Positions 57,434 to 64,000 of a stretch of 64,000 nt of DNA are shown here, piece after piece. The notes below the pieces were generated by a model. That model worked only from the letters and a program-made list of their open reading frames with translations. It searched no databases and was not told where the DNA came from. The first letter of the stretch is position 1. Every line of letters begins with the position of its first letter. Position numbers and translations under genes: made by a program. This DNA comes from a virus: positions 192,001 to 256,000 of the IMG/VR virus record IMGVR_UViG_3300010224_000001. One strand, given 5' to 3'.

Positions 57434-57728
57434 GAAGTTCTTTCACAATAGCCAAAAACTCTTTTTCGTTTTGAGGGAAGGTATCTGCCGCAGCACCACG
57501 GCTATTTGCCCAACGATCAAAATGTGGAAGCGGGCAAGAACATTCAAAGATACCATGGCAGTTAACCCGCCAGTGACGGCTCTTACCCTTGAGGTAAAGC
57601 GCATAACGTAAACCACGGCTTCTCCAACCACCATTCGGTTTCAGTCCTGCCTTCTTCGCCCAATGAATCCATTGTTTAGGAAGAACGATTCGACCGTTTT
57701 CATCTTTCTTAGCGACGAGTGTACTCAT
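57408..57728 (-). CDS. hypothetical protein
   Basis: 106 aa basic ORF. Confidence 0.55.
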   Translation of the reverse strand: MSTLVAKKDENGRIVLPKQWIHWAKKAGLKPNGGWRSRGLRYALYLKGKSRHWRVNCHGIFECSCPLPHFDRWANSRGAAADTFPQNEKEFLAIVKELHEQSRDAT

Positions 57729-57856
57729 AGAGGCTATTGAACATGTTGTTAATGATACTTAGGAAACCCATGACTAAGCAAGTGTCATACTTCTCATACT
57801 GCAAACCGTATGCGAAAAAGAATGCAGTGATAAAGAATAGGAACAAGTAAGAGAAT

Positions 57857-58750
57857 TTAAATCGTTTCTTTGTTGGTTTCATTATTTTCCTTTTCTTCTA
57901 GGTATTCCATCCACGCGCCTAAGATATCTGGCACGTTATCGAAACCATAGAAACCAGAAGAGTTAATACAGTTTATTTCCATTACCGACATGGATGACCA
58001 GCTACCGTTGTGAGGAATAGCGAAGTCTACCGTAAAGCATTCCGGGAAGTCTTCTTTCAATCCTTCTTTAAGAATAGAAATCAATGGGAAGCCGCGATAG
58101 AAGAATTCAACTATCTCTTTAAACGAGAAAGTAAATGGCTTGGCCATCGGCTTACCGTCTTCCATGTATTGACTTACAGCACCAATCTTTCCATTGATGA
58201 CCCAGCAACGGTATTCAGCTTTAGGCGCTTCTTGTCTTTCACTGATCCAGCACATCAGATCGTCAGGTAAGCTACGATCCTTAACTAACTGATGCCATTT
58301 CTCAGCATTGTAAACACCGCCATTGAACACTTTGTGTGCTTCATCTGGACGAATGAAAAACTCTTTTGGTTCGAACATGTTTTCGGACCATTTCGTAATC
58401 CACTCGCTGATAAGCTTTGCAGGATATGCTGCACCGTGATGGTTAAACATAATCCGGCCGCACTTATCGACCAAGTTAGACATCGCGATCGCTTTACGAT
58501 CGTTAAAGACGTACTTAGCCAGTTGCTCAGATTTAGCACAAGCGTTAACGAACTCAGCAGTACCGTAGATAAGGACTGGACCGTACTTGCTCCAATCGAT
58601 ACCGCAGTCGTTGATATCGAAGCTAGGTCCAGCATAACAGCGATCATGCACGACCAGGTTGTTATCCCAACCGTAACGGGAAACCTTACTGAAGAGATTG
58701 CCGAATGCATTGTTCTGCACCAAGATGCAGGGTAGCTTCTGTGTTGTCAT
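57857..58750 (-). CDS. ATP-grasp domain protein (R2K/DUF4343-like)
   Basis: FFIRPD..KVFNG, EYRCWVING, FTVDFA, VMEINCINSSGFY. Confidence 0.8.
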   Translation of the reverse strand: MTTQKLPCILVQNNAFGNLFSKVSRYGWDNNLVVHDRCYAGPSFDINDCGIDWSKYGPVLIYGTAEFVNACAKSEQLAKYVFNDRKAIAMSNLVDKCGRIMFNHHGAAYPAKLISEWITKWSENMFEPKEFFIRPDEAHKVFNGGVYNAEKWHQLVKDRSLPDDLMCWISERQEAPKAEYRCWVINGKIGAVSQYMEDGKPMAKPFTFSFKEIVEFFYRGFPLISILKEGLKEDFPECFTVDFAIPHNGSWSSMSVMEINCINSSGFYGFDNVPDILGAWMEYLEEKENNETNKETI

Positions 58751-59547
58751 TTGTTTTTCTCTCTTTCAATGAGTGCATTCATCCAGCCAGTGACAACTTT
58801 CTTACCCAGCTCGTGATCGTACCACATCGTGCTATGGATAGGTAAGAAGCTATTAATGCGGTAAGACCAGCCACGCTGTTCTGTTATCACAATAGAGTAA
58901 GCGAATTCTGGGAATTTACCAATCACAGTACGCTTAACGTATTCGATAACATGCGTACAGTCAGCGAAGGTATTAACAGCAAGTTTATCACCATCTTTTA
59001 TCATTGACGCCGAAATGACTTTATCGCCAGCTACCCAAACCTGGTACGAATCACCAACACCCGAAGGTGCTTTAGACACCCACAAGTTACGACTCTGTCG
59101 AAGATTTTTAGCAGACGCGAGAACCTCAAACTCTCGACGTGTATACAGACCCGCGTGAAAACCTGGTTCTTTATACCCGGTAGGTTCAATGTAGATTGGT
59201 TCATGCGTACCATACCACTCTATGCTGATATCGAACACTCGTCGCACTTCACCTTCATGACGCATAAAGTCACGACCAAACATAGCGGTCCATGCTTCTG
59301 GTCTGAAGTTCTCTTCGTCAAAGAAGATATAGTCACGCGCCCGGAAATCTTGTTTGAGCCCAGCCACAAAGGTAATAGGTCCAAATATCAAGAACGGATA
59401 ATTATCATCCCAATTTTCCCTTCCTTCACGCGGGAAAGAATAATGAGTGCCGTCGAGTACTCTAACGTCGTTTTCTTTAGCGTAATCGTTAAAGACATTA
59501 TTGACAGTCCGGAGTCCGTCATCAGCGTAGTAGATACAGGGTTTCAT
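58747..59547 (-). CDS. degenerate ATP-grasp paralog
   Basis: Same layout (IYIEP..FHAG, YQVWVAGDKVISAS), but the acidic metal ligands are lost. Confidence 0.6.
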   Translation of the reverse strand: MKPCIYYADDGLRTVNNVFNDYAKENDVRVLDGTHYSFPREGRENWDDNYPFLIFGPITFVAGLKQDFRARDYIFFDEENFRPEAWTAMFGRDFMRHEGEVRRVFDISIEWYGTHEPIYIEPTGYKEPGFHAGLYTRREFEVLASAKNLRQSRNLWVSKAPSGVGDSYQVWVAGDKVISASMIKDGDKLAVNTFADCTHVIEYVKRTVIGKFPEFAYSIVITEQRGWSYRINSFLPIHSTMWYDHELGKKVVTGWMNALIEREKNK

Positions 59548-59559
59548 TTACTGCCTTTC

Positions 59560-60282
59560 TTATTGGTTATTATCAGTCGACAAAATATCTTTAACAAGAG
59601 TAAACGTAGTCAAACCAGCGTACTTCATGTCATTGCGTTCTTCTTCCGCCACGCCGAGCACTTTACCGCCGCGAGTGACCACGACCTCAGTAATCGGAAT
59701 AGCATTGATACGATCGATCTTCTTCTGGATATCGGCCATCTCTTCTGCAGTTACTTCAATCTCAGACATCTGGTCGACTTCTTTATGAGGACGCGGTCCA
59801 GCGTAAAGACGATTACCGAGATCACCATAAGTGGCCATGGCAAATTTCTCCGCGGTCTCGGCAATCTGTCGAATATACTCACCCAGATTAACGTCACGGC
59901 TAGGGTCTGCCCAATACGCTGCAAACGTATTTGCCATGTCATCAGGAAGAGTAATCCGAGCAGCTTCATTTGCAACCGCTTGAACAAACATGGGTTCGTC
60001 AATACAACGAAGTAACGTACCAGCAGAAGCCAGTTCGCTTACCTTGCTATCCTGCATGAGAGTTTCCTCACCAGTTTCATACGGCGGTTTACTGATTTCA
60101 CCGGCGCCGCAGCACGCAGGACAGGTGTCGTCATCAGCCATTGCTTCGGCGAGGTCTTTAGTTTCCTGAGACGGTTCTTTGTCACCAAAGCTAAAGACTA
60201 TACGTGTGCTTTTTACAGTTTTGCTACCTTTGCACAGCGGGCAGGTTTCTTTCTTCGGAGCATAGACAAAGTTGGTATTCAT
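59560..60282 (-). CDS. hypothetical protein with DnaJ-like CxxCxGxG zinc motifs
   Basis: CPLCKGS and CPACCGAG. Confidence 0.6.
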   Translation of the reverse strand: MNTNFVYAPKKETCPLCKGSKTVKSTRIVFSFGDKEPSQETKDLAEAMADDDTCPACCGAGEISKPPYETGEETLMQDSKVSELASAGTLLRCIDEPMFVQAVANEAARITLPDDMANTFAAYWADPSRDVNLGEYIRQIAETAEKFAMATYGDLGNRLYAGPRPHKEVDQMSEIEVTAEEMADIQKKIDRINAIPITEVVVTRGGKVLGVAEEERNDMKYAGLTTFTLVKDILSTDNNQ

Positions 60283-60337
60283 GATGTTATTCCTTATTAG
60301 AGGGTAAAACGAAAGTGAGAGATGCAAATATCTGCCA

Positions 60338-60751
60338 TCATTTTGGCTGTTCTTTAGAAGCGACAATACGGTCTAGTACATACTGAGGAACGTCAGTTGT
60401 TTTCGGATGACGGAAGTCAGGACGATAATTTGGATTCGCCTTAACTATCTTCGTGAAGTAAAATTCTGGATCAATTCTGGCTCGCTTAAAGATCGCTTCC
60501 TTTTGTTCTTCGGTGAGATTAGGATCCCAAGGATCGATTCCGTCTGTTAGAACGAATTCTGGAGTTAAGAAGTCATTCATGAATTCATTCATCAGCGGAA
60601 CAAATCGTTCTTTCCCTTCCATTTCAACTTGGAATTCAGCCATATGCTTCAACCAACCAGGAGATGGGGTAACGTCAATCGAATAAGGTTTAGGATTGAT
60701 AGTGACTTCTAGTTTCTTACCAAACAGATTGTTCCATAGTTTCTTTAACAT
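60338..60751 (-). CDS. hypothetical protein with terminase-N-terminus-like peptide
   Basis: GIDPWDPNLTEEQKEAIFKRARIDPEFYF. Confidence 0.6.
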   Translation of the reverse strand: MLKKLWNNLFGKKLEVTINPKPYSIDVTPSPGWLKHMAEFQVEMEGKERFVPLMNEFMNDFLTPEFVLTDGIDPWDPNLTEEQKEAIFKRARIDPEFYFTKIVKANPNYRPDFRHPKTTDVPQYVLDRIVASKEQPK

Positions 60752-60815
60752 GGGTAAATTCCTAAATGACGTCATAAAAGGAGTGGTCTTACTGACCACT
60801 CCGTTATTAGAATTA

Positions 60816-60903
60816 TGGTAGACCGAGCGGGCTTTGAACCCGCAGTGGAGTTTCCTCGCTGAATTATGAGTTCAGTGCCTGCGACCAGTACGGCTTCCGG
60901 TCC
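60816..60903 (-). tRNA. tRNA with CAT anticodon and long variable arm (Met/Ile2/Leu-like, identity unclear)
   Basis: CTGAA-CT-CAT-AA-TTCAG, variable arm GAG-GAAA-CTC, A73-CCA. Confidence 0.85.
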
Positions 60904-60910
60904 AACAATC

Positions 60911-61369
60911 TTAACACCTGCGACTAGCTAAAAACTTACGCTTGGCGACATGATAACTAGCTGCGCAACTATGACTGCAAAATGCCATCTCAACACCCTG
61001 ATTAAGTCGCATCTTTATCTGTCTTTCAGTTAGTGTGAAATAAGTGCCGCAGTTATTAGCACAAGAATAACCATATACTACTTGATTTTCAAAATCTTTA
61101 GTAGCTTGTTTAATAAGATTTTGAGCTTTTGTCAAGACCTGAAGATTATCAATGCGATCATTAGTCTTGTCGTCGTCTTTATGATCTACTTCGTATTCGT
61201 CACTTAAAATGTAACCTAAATGAACACACATCAAATAACGTGCATAGGAAATAGTAGTACGATCTGCTTCGCTATTATAAAGCACTACGTTCTTTCTGTT
61301 CTCAGGATTAACGACCAAGTAGCCGTTTCTCCACCTTGAACTAAAAGGTTCTTGAAGGCTAATTATCAT
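60911..61369 (-). CDS. HNH endonuclease
   Basis: VDHKDDDKTNDRIDNLQVL, C-terminal FCSHSC. Confidence 0.85.
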   Translation of the reverse strand: MIISLQEPFSSRWRNGYLVVNPENRKNVVLYNSEADRTTISYARYLMCVHLGYILSDEYEVDHKDDDKTNDRIDNLQVLTKAQNLIKQATKDFENQVVYGYSCANNCGTYFTLTERQIKMRLNQGVEMAFCSHSCAASYHVAKRKFLASRRC

Positions 61370-61412
61370 TACTATCCTTTACCAGTCATGAGCTAGAGGT
61401 CCAGAGATGATA

Positions 61413-61613
61413 CTAAAAATTATTAACCGGAGCGTAATTGTTTAACTCTGGGGACCAGTTACACTTCTCACAACGATGCATCCCATTTGGACATTTACAC
61501 AAACGGGATCTACCGCAATGAGGACAACCATTCTCACCATTGTCATATTCAAGAAGAGCCCACTGTTCTTCTAGTTTCTTCTCTTCGTCATCGTCTTCGT
61601 GTAATCGCAACAT
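61413..61613 (-). CDS. small Cys-rich protein
   Basis: CPHCGR..C.NG.HRCEKC. Confidence 0.55.
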   Translation of the reverse strand: MLRLHEDDDEEKKLEEQWALLEYDNGENGCPHCGRSRLCKCPNGMHRCEKCNWSPELNNYAPVNNF

Positions 61614-61632
61614 TTGCTACTCCTAGAAATCA

Positions 61633-61763
61633 CTTACGGCTGCTGCGTATGTGCGGGACTTTCACCCCACCTCCGAGAGAATCCGCCGATCAGAGCAGAA
61701 GCCTCCAAAAGATTTACGACCCTCGACGTACTGATCATAGTCCGAGTCTGACGCAGCCGTAAG
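61633..61763 (-). ncRNA. candidate structured ncRNA with T-loop hairpin
   Basis: 11-bp terminal helix CTTACGGCTGC/GCAGCCGTAAG; GTGGG-GTGAAAGT-CCCGC. Confidence 0.5.
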
Positions 61764-61786
61764 CAATCTCAATAGAAAGTGCTTTA

Positions 61787-61899
61787 TGAGAGCGACGGCA
61801 TTTCACCGTCGAGTTACACTGGATGATCGGTCCAATATGTAACCCCCGCCTTAGACCCCCCGATAGAAATCTTAGCTTGGCAATCATAAAACACTCTCA
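61787..61899 (-). ncRNA. candidate tRNA-like ncRNA (7-bp acceptor + 5-bp T-arm)
   Basis: TGAGAGT/GCTCTCA stacked on GACGG-TGAAATG-CCGTC. Confidence 0.5.
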
Positions 61900-61904
61900 A
61901 AAGA

Positions 61905-62334
61905 ACTAGGAAGAAACCGCCTGGCCTGGTTGCCCTTAACCTCAGCGATTCCTTCCTGTCCCCCGAATCAAACAGCACCCAACCGCAATAAGCGGAAGTA
62001 ATGCGATTCAACTCTAATAACACTGTCTATTCCTCTTTGTCTGGCCTGACTCCAAGCAATATCAGCGGCTGCTCATCTCTTAAGGCTACTTTCCATCGCA
62101 AGCAGGACGTTACCTTACTCGAATTTACTAATAGGCAGAAGAGACTACAACTTGCTGTAGATCCCTCTTATTCTGTTGACAGCAGAATAATGGTTCGTTA
62201 ACAGCCATACAGTTTAAGCATCGGTGTCAACGATGCTACCTAGGGACGAAACCCTAAAAGTCTCCACTAAGGTAAGACCAGTCTTACCGCTAGATTCAAC
62301 TCAGCCACCACTGTTAGGAAGCTGTACTGGTAAC
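61905..62334 (-). ncRNA. candidate large multi-hairpin ncRNA
   Basis: At least six perfect or near-perfect hairpins, no credible ORF. Confidence 0.45.
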
Positions 62335-62769
62335 TTATTTACCTTTACGTTCAGATTTATCTTTACGCTCGGAACTACGTTCTCGTGCTTTGATAATCCA
62401 CTCAGGAACAGTTCTCCAAACTTTGTCACCTTGTTTAAAGAACTTAACGCAATCACCTGAATCAGTTGTTTCTACTGTTGCAACACCATTAATTATTACG
62501 GAATCTGCGTAGACTGCATAATCTTCTTCACCATCAGTCAACCACTCACCACGTTTGATGGTAGAGATATCAGCGATAGGACGAAGCTGGGTAAACGGAT
62601 GTTCACGTTTCATAAAGTGCCACCAGCGTTTCTTGACACCGTATGGTAATATCAAATGCGGGTTCGCTTTTTGCATCTTCTCACAATGAGCGAAAAACAA
62701 TCTTTCACGCTCTTCATAAGTAGCGCCAGCACGAACCGTCTCCATTGTAACGTTTATGAAACAACTCAT
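62335..62769 (-). CDS. hypothetical protein
   Basis: 144 aa, AAGGA RBS. Confidence 0.6.
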   Translation of the reverse strand: MSCFINVTMETVRAGATYEERERLFFAHCEKMQKANPHLILPYGVKKRWWHFMKREHPFTQLRPIADISTIKRGEWLTDGEEDYAVYADSVIINGVATVETTDSGDCVKFFKQGDKVWRTVPEWIIKARERSSERKDKSERKGK

Positions 62770-62825
62770 GTGAACATCCTTTATTTGTTTATCTCTATAA
62801 ATTCTGTATTCTGAGTAATAAATTA

Positions 62826-63494
62826 CTAGTCAGAATTGTAACGTTTACCGTTCCATACGTCCGCTATAACTGAACGACTAACGTTGAATAGAGGCGCTGC
62901 CTTCCTGGTCGACGTAGTTCCTTTCAGCTTCTTAATTTCTTCCACTTGTTGAGGAGTTAATTTAGAAGACGGGCTATCGTGTCCTTTGGGATTATGAGCT
63001 AAGCCATTATCGAACGCATGTTTAATGTTTTCTTGATTAGTGGACCATTCCAGATTATTCTTACAATTATTTGTTTTTACACCATCATCGTGATTAACGA
63101 ATGGTTTATTATCAGGATTAGGAACAAAGGCTTCAGCTACAAGACGATGTGTTCTGAGAAGAACAGATTTACCATTTCGACCACCTATTTTGGTAGCATG
63201 ATTGAGATAACCTTCGTTGCTTTCGCATTGACTCAAAATCTTATTGCTGACTGTTGAAACTAGTTGACCATCTTCAGTAACCATGAAACGATTATCGTAA
63301 CCTTCTACTTTTCTTATTTCTGGCGTCGGCGTAGAGGCACGTTTAATCGGAGAGGGATCGTTTGAACATACAAAGTTCTTATGTTCCCCTTCCGCCCCCA
63401 CTTGGGTTACAATAACCAAACTATTACCTTCTCGATCTTTTATCTCCCTGCCTTTGATTAGACGATTAGCCATGTCATCTGGCATAATTAACAT
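62826..63494 (-). CDS. NUMOD4-HNH homing endonuclease (paralog of 54133-54813)
   Basis: THRLVAEAFVPNPDNKPFVNHDDGVKTNNCKNNLEWST; shared EGYDNRF.VTED and ATKIGGR. Confidence 0.9.
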   Translation of the reverse strand: MLIMPDDMANRLIKGREIKDREGNSLVIVTQVGAEGEHKNFVCSNDPSPIKRASTPTPEIRKVEGYDNRFMVTEDGQLVSTVSNKILSQCESNEGYLNHATKIGGRNGKSVLLRTHRLVAEAFVPNPDNKPFVNHDDGVKTNNCKNNLEWSTNQENIKHAFDNGLAHNPKGHDSPSSKLTPQQVEEIKKLKGTTSTRKAAPLFNVSRSVIADVWNGKRYNSD

Positions 63495-63564
63495 TATTGA
63501 CCTTTCGTTAATACGTCATAAAGCCAGAAGGTTTCCCTTCTGGACTTTACTTTTCTAACTGGAA

Positions 63565-63651
63565 CGGAAGCGGTGGGATTCGAACCCACGGATGGTTTAA
63601 CCCACCGGCAGTTTTCAAGACTGCTGCCTTAAACCCCTCGGCCACGCTTCC
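63565..63651 (-). tRNA. tRNA-Ser(TGA), CCA not directly encoded (G-TT-CCA)
   Basis: GCAGT-CT-TGA-AA-ACTGC, long variable arm, G73. Confidence 0.95.
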
Positions 63652-63659
63652 ATTGATCT

Positions 63660-64000
63660 TTACTGAAGTAACGAACCTGAAGGTCGGGTACTTTCCAACA
63701 CTTGCGGTGTAATACCGTGATCAAGATAAGTGTAGATGTACGATGCCGCTAATTTAGCGATAGCTTCATCTAATTCTTCAGAGATAATCACTGATTCACA
63801 TTCTTGATCATCGGGACCAAACAGGAAACTTATTTCTACTGCGTTGTTCTGAAGATTAACGGCAATCATAACCCAGCGTTTACCTTCGGTAATCTTGACG
63901 TCGTCCTTGTCTTTCGCATCTTCTTTGGTGCCGTAAAGAAGATGTATATCCAGTTCGGATTCAGGACTTTTACCCAACAAGAAGTCGGCAATCTTACCTC
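63660..64000 (-). CDS. hypothetical protein, C-terminal part (enters from right edge)
   Basis: Frame is open to the window end. Confidence 0.55.
   Translation of the reverse strand, partial: GKIADFLLGKSPESELDIHLLYGTKEDAKDKDDVKITEGKRWVMIAVNLQNNAVEISFLFGPDDQECESVIISEELDEAIAKLAASYIYTYLDHGITPQVLESTRPSGSLLQ

Noticed and set aside
61633-61763. FMN riboswitch or hammerhead ribozyme
   Set aside because: Only a single GGTGAAAGTCCC T-loop module matches FMN; no CTGANGA hammerhead core in the right context

Overview
Dense, almost entirely minus-strand accessory and tRNA region of a lytic jumbo phage. It is most likely phiKZ-like (Chimalliviridae-type), based on TATATTAC-like early promoters, a probable gp68-like RNAP subunit and a degenerate gp175-like head protease. 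A Burkholderiales host is suggested by a betaproteobacterial-type dcd and a DUF4214 S8 protease. The window carries an RNA/tRNA repair toolkit (RtcB, CCA-adding enzyme, Thg1, a DUF5565-type RNA ligase, a nucleotidyltransferase, a metallophosphoesterase), seven conventional tRNAs, two atypical tRNAs and three HNH endonucleases. The standout observation is a cluster of five 'Russian-doll' tRNA-like genes at 41.9-43.4 kb. Each has a full outer tRNA body ending in A-CCA with an invariant bulged G in the acceptor stem. In each, the anticodon loop is replaced by a 59-101 nt insert, and in four of the five the insert is itself a circularly permuted tRNA module (T-arm, then loop-closed acceptor stem, then D-arm). 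A 256-nt RNA closed by a tRNA-like acceptor/T-arm lies just upstream, and further candidate structured ncRNAs lie at 38.5 kb and 61.6-62.3 kb. All folds were paired by eye and all protein calls come from motif recognition; no searches were run.
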